64,000 bases of DNA from assembly GCA_050084985.1 (NCBI GenBank), contig JBITNC010000001.1, positions 63,550,001-63,614,000 on the forward strand, in the 5' to 3' direction. The notes beneath the pieces are model-generated. The model made no database searches. It was not told where the DNA came from and saw only the letters and a program-made list of their open reading frames with translations. Positions 53,246 to 64,000 of this stretch are shown piece after piece. Each line of letters begins with the position of its first letter. Position 1 is the stretch's first letter. The stretch is from Nageia nagi (Eukaryota > Plantae > Pinophyta). A program made the position numbers and the translations under genes.

Positions 53246-54020
53246 ATTGGATTGTTTTTACAATGTTTGCTTGTACCATTGTCCTGTAGCTGTGGATGCA
53301 AACGATCAACAAAGTATTTGAGTTAGATAAAAAAACACTATAACTAAATTTTTTTTTTATACTTATGACTCTTATTTGTTGACTGTTATAATGTTATTTG
53401 ACTGTTGACTGTTAAGAAAATAGTATAGACTGAAAATTTTTGATGACAGGCAATTAAGTGCAGTGAAGTACCTCTATGTAATTCTCTTGTGTATTTAATA
53501 TTTCTGCAAAGAGATTAGTTCATTGTTATCCAAAATTGCTAACAGAGATGATAATCAGATTGTTGTGTAGATGGTCAAGGAGAAGAATAAAATAAGGTTT
53601 GTCCACCATCCAGAAGTTGTGTGGTGTTGTGATTAAAATACAACATGCCCCAAAATCCTGCGATTTTGGTGACCCACAAACACACTATTGTATATACTTC
53701 GTTTTATCGTCATCTCGGTCTACCCAAGTTGCATCGCGAGACCCAGATTCATGGATTACTCATATTTCATAGCCTCTCCCTTGGTTAGAGTTAGTCATGA
53801 TAAAATAGAAATTGCAAAATCTTTAAAATGGCTTGAGTCTGGAAAGGGTAAAAGTCGAACCTAGGTGAATTAGGAAGTCTAAGTCAAGCCGGAAGTTGGT
53901 CAAGTCAAATTGGGCATTCCCAAGGGCTGGCACATGCTTTTTGAACCATGCAATTGGGCTAAGGGGTCGTCCAGGCAAGAGGGAAGGTTCAAAGATGAAG
54001 TCTGGGCACTTACAAGCCCA

Positions 54021-54811
54021 GCGCATGCCTCCGGGAGACAAAACTTTGACTTTCCTAGGCATGCGCCAGATACAAGAAGCATTTTGGACTAGAAGAAGGT
54101 GAAAAATCCTAAGGCAAAGACACTAGGAGGTTGGTGCATGCTTCAAAAGGACAAAATCATGTCTTTTTGAACCATGCGATTTGGCTAGGAGGACAAGTTG
54201 AGCAAGCTTGAATTTTGAAAAAAGAACCTAAGTTACCCAGGAGGGCTCCCAGTCGGAGCGGAAGTGAAAATTTGGACAAGTCATGGGCCCGGGGAACTCA
54301 AAATCAACTCAAGCATACCTAGGGGGGTTGGCGCATGATCTCAAAAGACAAATTCTTGACTTTTTGAGGCATGCGCCAAGCCTAGGAAGCTTCCAGGATT
54401 CGAGAAACATGAAAATTTGGCTAAAGCATCAACACTTGAAGACCAAATTCGGGAAAATAGGCCAACTGGAGGCTAGCGCATGTTTCAAAAAGACAAAATC
54501 TTGTCTTTTTGAACCATGCGACCAAGCTAGAGGGACAGGCAAGGCTGGCGCATGCCTCAAAAGGTCACAATCTTGAATTTTGAAAGCATGTGCCAAGCCC
54601 ACAGGTTGCCCAGATTGAAACGAAGCATCAAAATTGAAAAATTTGGCCGGTTGGAAGACCAAAAATCAAGAAAAATCAGGTTAATGGGTGAGTTGGAAGA
54701 TCAAGGCAAGCAAGCACATGACCAGGAGACCCAACGTTGGGAGCATACTCCCTCCTAGGGTTGGCGCATGGTTTAAAAAGTCACTTTTTTGCCTTTTTTT
54801 TTGTATGCGCC
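54021..54811. repeat. Palindrome array of unit E
   Basis: Units at ~54021, 54134, 54330, 54476, 54548 and 54764. GCATGTTTCAAAAAGACAA-aatc-TTGTCTTTTTGAACCATGC has 19-bp arms with one mismatch. Confidence 0.85.
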
Positions 54812-54966
54812 AAGCCTAGATGACCTTCTAGACCCTAACGTCTGGGCACAAGAGGCTTTGCATGAGCTTTCGAACCAGCACATATCTAAAGGTCGGCCAG
54901 ATGAAGGGCTATGATGAGGTTTGATAGAAACCCTAGCCGACTAGGGCAAGGTGGGAGACGAATTGA

Positions 54967-54976
54967 CTATAAATAC
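54967..54976 (+). promoter_or_regulatory. TATA box upstream of the unit E ORF
   Basis: CTATAAATAC ~220 bp before ATG 55194; equivalent boxes in C (32933-32942, -), D (47385-47394, -) and B (17352-17360, +). Confidence 0.6.
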
Positions 54977-55193
54977 AAGCTTTGGGACCTCATTTTCCCA
55001 AATTCAAAACTTGCTCTTCTACCCTTGCACCAAAATAGCAGGAAATTGCAGATTTTTGTGTCCAAACATCTTAATTTATGCATCCTAGGGCTTGCGCAAG
55101 CATTTAGGAGGCTAGCTACCATCACGTGGAGGTTATTTTCACTTGGAAACACATGTAGTATCCTTGGAGAGCCACGTTGCAATTGAAAACACC

Positions 55194-57707
55194 ATGACTC
55201 CCTCTAAGCGCAATTCGGCTCTTGACTTTGCTAGGGACATCGAGCGGTTGAAACAAGATTGCATCATCTCCATTCATGAGAGACAACAAGCCCTTCCCCA
55301 AGGGGCAAGATTCTCGAGTAACGATTTTGCAACCATCAGAGATACAGATTGGCAAAACGTTGACCCCTTGCAGATGAGGGAGAGCATTCGTGGGCTTCCT
55401 TCCACTGACCTAAAGCAGGACATTGTCTTCTTCATCGGGCTCTCCACTTGCGCATTCATCCCGTTCACAGTCCCATTCCCTGAGTTGTGCATGGAAATCG
55501 GTCACCACTAGCAGAAGGGAGAGAGGATCCTTCAAGAAATCAAAGGAGACATCATTATGGACTTTCACTCCGAAGCCTTTAACGCAACATTTTAACGGAC
55601 TTCCAAGGGTGACTATGAATATAGTGAGCCTAGGTCACTCGCATGCTACCAAGAGACTCCCAGGACATCCATCGCTATTAAGAGTTTGATTTTGGAAGAA
55701 CATCACGGGTTGAAGGGAAATGCACTCATCAATGCTTCTCGCTCTAACTTCTACCCAGCAGTTGAGTTAATAATTCTCCTGTTATCCAGAGTTCTTGGGA
55801 AGGAAGACGCTTCAAAATTTAGGAAGGAGTTCTTTAGGTTCATTCTTGAGATTGCTAGAGGGAGAAGGATTAGATAGAGCAAGGTGTTGAGCGATTCGAT
55901 AGCTGATCAATTGTCATCCATTGATACAACCCATAAATTCTACCTCAATTCATACCTGGTATACATGTTGCTCCACGGCAGGTACAGGACTACAGCGCAG
56001 GGTGAGACGACTTGGATAGAAAGAGGAAGTTACTCCATTTGGAAGTGCTATCCCAAATGGAAGTTAGAGAGAAGGTGGGACAATTTCACAATGAAAAACG
56101 ATATGGATGGGATTATGAGATATATAAAAAGCTTAAGGGAGAGATCATAGTTGCACGGATCTCTAATTCCGCCCAAGATGCTTTGAAGAAGCATGGTGAC
56201 TTCTTCCTCCATCACCAACATTTATCTTATATTCGTATACATGGATCAGCTGTACAACCCTATCAATTGCCAAGGTTCGTGAATATTAGAGTATGAACAG
56301 GAGAGATTGGAGTATCAGAGGATGAACAGGAGCAGAATATGATTCAGGATGAGGAGATCCCTAATGCGCAACGATAGGATGTGTCTATGGAGATTTTAGA
56401 GGAGATCCGTAGGCAAACAACTTCAGGGCCATCTACAGAGAGAAGTAGAGAGCTAGTATCAGAGACAGTATAGAGGAGGGCTCAATTGAAGAGGAATCCA
56501 TATTCACGAGCCACGAGACCTTCAAGTGAACAACATGATGAATAGGAAGAGGAGAGACCTTCAAAGAGAACAAAGAGGAACACTGTTACCAATCAAGAGG
56601 CCATGGTGAACACTTATCAGCCATCACCCATAAATGAATGGGGTGTCAACATGGAGGAGTGCCTTGATGTGTTCAATATGAATGTCAGAGAAGAATTTGG
56701 AGCAGGAGAAAAGGATGACCAAGTAGGGGAAAGCTCCACTCGTCTAGGAAAATCCTAGACATATGTCTATTTGGCTAATAATGCAATACACATTAAGACT
56801 ATTATAGTTGGCAAGGAGAACCCATAGCACCCTGAAGACCTTAGGCAGATTAACCAGATCATTAACACAGGTTCTATCGGTTTGGTTGGTCGGAAACATG
56901 CAATCATCTTCAATGCTGAGGCCATCACCAAAGAGGGTATGATGAAAGATAAGGAGATTAAGGGCCTCAAGAAGGAGTTAGCTGCACAAAAGAAGTTGAC
57001 AAAAGAATTGGAGTTGGCTAAGGTACCTACCGAAGAACTTCGGAAGATCAAGCCACTTAAGGAAGGTATGATTGCGGTAAAACAAAAGCACATAAATGAG
57101 GTCATATTAGTAGTTCAACGATTTATTGGAGCACTAGAGAGGGTAGCATTCGAGGAGCAGAAGCTCAAAGATATCATTGTGGAGAGAACTAGTTTTCTCA
57201 GAGTCTTGGATTCTAGGCGGCATATGATCATGCAGTTTGAGATGACACAGAACTAGAAGACGTGAAGTTCTGCGAAGAATATTGGTTCTATTTGGGTGTG
57301 GTCAATTAGATAGCCACTCGATTCCAAGATGTGCAAAAGGATGTGCAGAAGCTCAATGACAAAGCAAACACTTGTCTTGAGGAAATGGAGTTCTAGGTAA
57401 AGTTCCTTGATGATGATGCGGGCATCTGAGACAAAGACCTGGTGGTGGCAGAAGTGAGGCACTTCCTTCACAGTTTGATTATGATTGAAGATATCAACAC
57501 GTTCCAATTGGCAGTCACTTGGAGCATTTGCTCAAAGCTCATGCATGGGAGAAGGATATGTTGAGGATCGTGGACAAGGTGGAGCGCTACATGGTCGAGA
57601 ACAAGCCCAGGTTATCAGAGATGTTGCATGGATTGGAGCTTACAGCCAAATTCCTAGACGACAACTATGAGGGGTGTGTAGAGGTGTTGGGCCCACCAAA
57701 CGCCTAG
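55194..57707 (+). pseudogene. Long uncharacterised ORF of unit E (internal deletion at ~56290)
   Basis: MTPSKRNSALDFARD...KFYLNSYLVYMLLHG...PYQLPRFV | acidic linker...KELAAQKKLTKELE...EVLGPPNA*. Confidence 0.85.
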
Positions 57708-57829
57708 TCACAATATCTATTATATTTTATTTCATAGTTATGTTGTAAACTTTAATTTATTCTTTAATAATTCCCAAGTTTGTGATGGATGAGGATTTGC
57801 TCCCACAAACTTGGAAGATATCTTGTAAC

Positions 57830-57930
57830 GCCATGTGGCGTATTTTGATTGGACCATATTTTATTTTCTCGTAAGTTGCAATTAGGGTTAGGGTGACACT
57901 TAGGGTTGCTCTAAAACTATATATAGCCCA
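57830..57930 (+). promoter_or_regulatory. Second (LTR-type) promoter downstream of the ORF
   Basis: G-box-like gccatgtggc, reverse CCAAT (attgg), telo-box-like tagggtt repeats and CTATATATAG at 57917-57926; equivalent TATA in C (29259), D (43718) and A (7563). Confidence 0.55.
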
Positions 57931-60839
57931 TTTCGGGTCATTTGTAGAGGATTAGACATTTTTGTGCAAAATTGGACAACTTACACTATTTTTCCAAACT
58001 TGCAAGTTTCCCTTTTTTTTTTTCACAATGGTGATATAAATCTCAAGTAATTGAAGTGAGCATGTTCTTATTTGAGACTATGGATGTCATTGTATGTTAT
58101 TTTCCCATGCTATCTTAAGTGTTTGGATCATTTTGTAAATCTTCAATAAGGTGGACAAAAGAATGCGTGTAGATCTTTTGAAACATTTTAAGTGGTGTGC
58201 ATGGTTGTAACATTCTATAGTTTGCACATTGGATTAGTGTCTTCCAAGAGAACTTGCATATGTCGTTTAACTTAGGAACTTCATTCCATGTTTGAGTCTT
58301 ACCCCATCCTATCTTACCTTTCCACCGCTTCAACTTCAAGCTCCCCTTGTTGAGGTATTCGTGTTGTTGCCTCACAAGTCGGATCGGGAATGCGTGGAAC
58401 CTAGATCAAACCCGTGCAAGTCCAGTCTCTGAAATTCACACTAGTCGGTGAGAACATTGCCTTAGAGCCCCATTCACATATCACCTCTCTTCACAAACCT
58501 TTTCTTTATTTTTCTATTTTTTGCACGGCTTTTGCAACAAACTCCTTTTATTTTCTATTTTCTTTGAGAAACAACCTCACTGGATTAGAGAGACCCTTTG
58601 AGTCCTTGAGTAATAAATCTATTTTGAGTTGGTAATAGCTTAGAACATCTCTACCAAACCACCTGAGTGAGCCCATGCACCCTTCACTTTCTAACCTTTG
58701 AGTTAAACAGTCCTCATAGCAGGTAGGGGTAACGCCCTACCACTCAGGTGTTGGAGTCTTTCCACAAAGCCCTGCGATACCACTTGTCAACCTGCAAGGA
58801 TAGCAAAGAAAAGGCCCCCAACATGTGGGATGGATGATAATAATTGAAGAGAGCATTTACCTATTTGTTTTTATGTTTCAGTTCCCCCATATAGGACACT
58901 GGACTATCTACAACATTACAGCATAAGTATACACAACACACTTCTAACTCCTGTGATGGTAGGAGCTTAGTTTCTGGGTAGACAGTTAGACTTTTTACTT
59001 CTAGTCTCTAATTTGAAAAATAGTTAATGAAAATAGTATATCAAAGACTGAATGGCAAGACAGTAACAGAAGCTAATAACAATTTTAGGATGAAGTTTAC
59101 AAAATATAATGAAAACATGAAGATTCATGGAAACCCAAGCATATTAGAGGTGGAAAATGTAAGTCTCAAGTTGATAAAGAATTAGAGAATGTTAACACAG
59201 CAATTCATTTAAGAAATGGTGAGCTAAAAAGAAGATATTTGAGGTGAAAAATGAAATAGAAGGCCATGGATTCTGCAGGACATAATCTGTATTTCATAGA
59301 GTCTAGACCAAGGAGACTTCAAAGACTTGAAGAAAGGACGTAGTCACTGTATTTCAAAATGAGTGTTTACACCATAACATACTGGCTTAGCTTAGGGTTG
59401 CAAAGCACGTAGTAAAGGTAAAACACAATCATTTCAAAATTCTGCTTCATGGGAAGGTGAAGCCATGTGGTTGTGCAACCACATGCAAATTTTGGAAGCA
59501 TTTCCAAGTGAGTTTAGGGAGAAATTGGAAGAAATTTGCATGCCTGGGGCTCCTGCTGTGGAACTGTGAAATAAATTCCTTTAAGATGAAATGAATTCGA
59601 CCCCTCTTGTCAAATCCAATCAACACACTGAACTCGCTCAGCAACAGCAGTTATTCCTCCTCTCTCAGCGCACTTACTCTCAGCAAATGTAGAGAAACAA
59701 AAAAGAAAAGTGTTTTTGAGTTAAATAATGCCCAATTTACTTTTACTGGGCCTAGCGAGTCCCGAAATCAGGACTCGCAAGTCTCAACCGAGACTTGATC
59801 GAGTCTGGAAAAGACTGAGTCCCAGGTCTGAGTAACTCGGTAAGGCTGACTCGGATTCCCCAAGTTACTTGGACTGGGGCTGTTTCTCATAACTATGCCT
59901 AGAGCAACTACCAACAGTGAATGTTTAAGCAATCATTTTTATCCTGAACGGCAGGTGTGCCTGTAGTTTGGGCTAGCATTTATAAGTCATAGAGTTTTTT
60001 GTATCAGTGTGGGTCATGATCCTGCTGTTTAAAAACATTATTTAGTACAGAGGCTTTATGTCTCTGTACTTTCCATGATGGTAGAGTTCAGTAAATAAAT
60101 TATAGGAATTTGCATTGTTGGACATTGTTTGCATGTATTGCTTGTGTATTTTTGTTGCATTGTAAAGAACTGATAAAACTTGTTTTCTTGCTTCACAAAA
60201 GCAAAATTGAGTCTGTGACTTGTGATTGCAATTTATCTCTTCCTTGTTTATAGAGTGGTCCTACGAACACCATTAATGACTGGTAACAGTGGAGTTTAGA
60301 TTGCATGGATGCATGTTTTGGTATCTATTTTATTATTCAGGGTGGGTAATAATAGAGTTTAGATATACTGGTTCTTGTTTTGAAATTACTTTTGGACTGA
60401 AAAATTCCAGCAGACAAACAGCATTAGTTTCTTTTGTTTCTCTTTGTGCATTCGATTTACACAAAATTCGTTCTTTTAAGTTGGAGGACAAATTTCATTA
60501 GTAGGTTCTCATTTCAATCAGTAGTTTCTGTATGCAGTAGCTAATTTCTTGAGGGGATGATTGATGAAGATGATAGACATGTAAGTCGAGCTTAAGGAAA
60601 CTGGAAAATACTATCTTTGCAATATCTGAAAGGGTACTTCATATTCACTTGATTTTTATTTCATGATGGATAAATATCGATCCTTTAACTTGACAATCTT
60701 TATTCTCTTTGTGAGCGCTATATGTTGAGGTAATCATCATATTTTGACTTTTGTATGTTGTGAAATCGATTGCCTAAATACTGTAGTGAACATAATCATT
60801 GACTATAGTCGTAAATGATAAATACTCAAAACTTTTCAG

Positions 60840-61034
60840 GTTATGCGCAAGCATGGAATTCCAGAGCCTTATGAAAAGTTGAAGGAGTTCACTCGTGGTC
60901 GTGCAGTAACAAAGGAGAGCATTCAGGAGTTCGTTCAAGGACTAGAACTGCCAAATGAAGTCAAGGAAAGACTCCTAAAGTTGACTCCACATAGCTACAT
61001 TGGAGCTGCAGAGTCATTAGCAAAAAGTGTTTGA
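60840..61034 (+). CDS. ADSL: Adenylosuccinate lyase, last coding exon (VMRKHGIPEPYEKLKEFTRG...SLAKSV*)
   Basis: Acceptor AG at 60838-60839; PYEKLKxxTRG and LTPxxYIGxA motifs of the PurB C-terminal domain; TGA at 61032-61034. Confidence 0.95.
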   Translation, partial: VMRKHGIPEPYEKLKEFTRGRAVTKESIQEFVQGLELPNEVKERLLKLTPHSYIGAAESLAKSV

Positions 61035-64000
61035 GAGTTACTTTCATATGACACCTCTATGTTTGAGGAAGTTGCCTATCTTATTACAAGGATAATGTAG
61101 ACAAGATGATATGACACTGAAATCAACCATAGAAATTGTAAATTTTCTTTTTGTTACCCCAAAGTTTGCAACTGTTGGCGAATATGATGGACTGAAATAC
61201 GGTGTACAGGCCAAAGCATAACCATGTAACATGTTTCAGTTTATACTAGCAATAGCATAAAATAGTGTTGAGCAAAGCCAACAGGATGGTGCACAAGAAA
61301 TTAATTTGAGCCTGCGGTTACTTTGTGTATTCACAATTTATTTAAAATTATTAATTATTTATTTGAGTTACATTAACTTCAAATGACGTTTGTAAACAGT
61401 TGATCGCTCTAAAGGGCTTTTCAGGTCACTTTGTCCTTTTGTATCGTTTCAGCAGTTCATTTTTCAAATGTAGTTGACTATTTTTGGGCACTTCCATGTT
61501 TCTTTACAGGGTATACTCCAATCAGAATTTTTCTTATTTCCTTTTGGTGAACTTTCTGAATCTAAGCAAATAATCCCGTAGCTTTTGTATTGCTATCAAG
61601 GGCGTATCTTTAACAAAGCCATAGAAGTATTGAAACCATACAAAGTTATGTTTCAATATATTTTTGGAAAATACGTAGTTCTTGTGAAAAATAATGTGAA
61701 TAATGTGTCAGACTATTCGTGAGATAATGTACATCATATGGAATAAAATCATCAAATATGGAAAAGAACATATATACACAATATAATGCAGCAATTGTTT
61801 GATGGTTTCATTAGATACAACTCAAACATCCACATCAGCTACCTTCTTGGTTTATGCATCTTTAGTGGAGCATCTGCTTAGACATTTGTTTTAGAATATC
61901 TAATCACTTTTCATCGTAAACAGAATGCAATAAATCATTCTAATGTATGATGAAACATCTCCAACTACAAAACAAAATTCCTTGCAGCTGCCATTAACTA
62001 GAAGAAGGCTTATGATGTGGACTACATGCAAATAAAGACGTGCTGCTGATGATGTGCATGGCATGCATAACTTGCATACACATGCAACAATTAATTTTAT
62101 TAACCTCCTCTAAAATTCCCATGGTCCTTGTTGATTATAGGTAGTTGCAAAGTTGTATATTGTATTGCAATCTCATACATGTGTAAATGATATAATAAAC
62201 TTTATCTTGAAAATAATTGACAATTGTGAGGGAGCTAAAATGTTTAGAAAATTTATTGATGTTAAAAAATTTGTATTCTTTAATTCATTAGGAGAATAAT
62301 GGATTCTTATGACATTATTTTAATTTTCAATAGAGAAGTATTAGAACAAACTTGGTTGTGAAGCAACTAGCAATGATAATGATATTGTATTGAAGGTTGA
62401 AAACTATAGAGACTATGGAAATTATATGGATGATGCACATGATGGATCATTATTTGTCTATTGTTAGTTATTAGATATAGTTAAGTTCTATGAATGTATT
62501 TAATTTATAATGTTCATTGTATACATATTTTTTTTGGTATTCTTGATAATTATTTTTTGGAGTTTCAAATGTATTTATGTTCTATTTTCTTCCTAGTTTA
62601 TCTTCGATTTCTTGTTCATTTGACTACTTTTGATTTCATACTTTTATAGTACTAGTAGGTTGCTTGATATTCAAGCTAGGTGTGAAGTGATCCAAATTGG
62701 ATATATTAATCTAAAATATTAGAAATCATAAAGTGTTAAAACATTTAATGCATCAATCCAAATTTAATGTTTATATTTGTATAACCTATCTTCAAATGCA
62801 AATCAAATAGATTTGAAATTAATACATTTTGAAGTAACAAATGGTTGAACAAAAGATATTTTTAGTTGTACACAATAATTAAGTTATACTAACAAATTAA
62901 TAAAATGTTAGAAAATGACTAAATATTAAATGGGTTGGTGATAGTAAACCACATCAATCATAAACATGAATGAATGAATGATGTCTTTTAGCATCTTTTA
63001 AGAACTAGGAGAACAATGTTGCAAGTTATTGATGTGGAATCGTAAAAGATCCTATCCAATTTGTGGATATTATACAATTCAAAGAGGTGATAGATAAACA
63101 ATTCTCTAATGCATGATATTTCAATTGTTATATTTTAATCAAACATTGAATATATGAAATGTCTTTTAATGTCCTTTAAACCTAATGATTTGTAGGACCT
63201 ATCAAACTTTGTCCAAAGACTAATATATATCATTTACATACTTAAATAATTGTTTCTAGCAAGCTTAAGATTCATAATAAAAATGCCATGTTTGTATTCA
63301 TTATATTGGTTTAAGAGTTCATGGATCATATTGTAATTACAAATATAATTATAGATTTGTCTAATATCTTTGTAAAATGGGCATGAAATGAGAAAATCAA
63401 TCTCATTTTTTATGGTATTTTAAGTTGCAAAACTTTTAAATTTGTTTATCCCATGGTGTTTTAGGTATTGTCTATCTACCTGTTTCACTATGCGATTCAT
63501 GTGAATTTGTTCTTAATTTTATGATCATAAGTTTTCTTTTAGACATCATCTTATATCTAGATCGGATGGGTGTTCAACCTTTGGGTTGATGATGTTTCTA
63601 TAGTAGACTAGTTTTCTTTTATTTGTATTTTGAAATTACAATATCAATATCCGCAAGTGACTAAAAACGATCAATGAGACTAAAATAAGACATATAAGAG
63701 GAGGGGGGCATCTAAAGAGGCTCCAATGTGTAAGACTAAAAAGTAAGCAAAGAAAAAAAGTAGTAACTGTCTTCATAGTTTCATATCCAACAAGTCAAAT
63801 TGAAGTAGTAAGAATCAATATATGAAGACCCAGGAGGATCCTTTAACATTTAAGTTTGAGGTTCGTAATGTTGCAATAAGAGGGGATAACCATATTGGGT
63901 TTAGTAGCAACACCACAAGTTGTCCTTCTAGAGTCATTAGGAGTCATAGTGCACTTCCAGTTCATAACTTCCTCTGATTGAAAAAATGATGTGATGAGTA

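Larger units (their letters stand above)
53625..58823 (+). mobile_element. Unit E: ORF-bearing TG...CA family member with perfect TSD (5,199 bp)
   Basis: TGTTG...CAACA flanked by tgtgg/tgtgg (53620-53624, 58824-58828); no PBS or PPT outside the ends. Confidence 0.92.
50401..59897 (-). mobile_element. Degenerate hAT DNA transposon, hosting unit E
   Basis: TIRs CATAGTTGAGAAA / TTTCTCATAACTATG; 8-bp TSD cctagaac/cctagagc; subterminal gactcgg repeats. Confidence 0.88.
5629..60839 (+). other. ~55.2-kb phase-0 intron of ADSL
   Basis: GTAAGT...acttttcAG; the spliced protein reads AEPIQT|VMRKHG contiguously, as expected for PurB. Confidence 0.88.

Noticed and set aside
53441-59430. Additional solo LTR surrounding unit E inside the hAT element
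   Set aside because: Candidate TG/CA ends exist but no convincing TSD or matching termini could be read.
61035-64000. Gene or TE downstream of ADSL
   Set aside because: AT-rich 3' UTR/intergenic sequence; no ORF, termini or motif I can support.

Overview
Eukaryotic plant DNA; the TE content and intron size look gymnosperm-like (inference). The only host gene is adenylosuccinate lyase (ADSL/purB, + strand). Its 69-nt penultimate coding exon (5560-5628) and last exon (60840-61034) are separated by one ~55.2-kb GT-AG intron. That intron is filled with nested, decayed transposons: Ty1/copia remnants, chromovirus Ty3/gypsy pieces, solo LTRs, a LINE and a hAT element with an 8-bp TSD. A degenerate chromovirus (1-5352) lies in the preceding intron. 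The most unusual content is a family of five 5.2-6.5-kb units (A 6529-13045, B 15962-~21313, C 28369-~34352, D 42841-48534, E 53625-58823). They have TGTTG...CAACA ends and 5-bp TSDs where intact, but no gag/pol and no internal LTR pair. The shared layout is: terminal double hairpin, array of ~46-50-bp palindromes with variable spacers, TATA box, one ~1,000-1,200-codon ORF of unknown function, a conserved hairpin (C/D/E), then a second LTR-type promoter. The simplest reading is giant solo LTRs carrying a protein-coding gene inside U3, next to a co-diverged palindromic binding-site array. All coordinates were read by eye and no database search was run.
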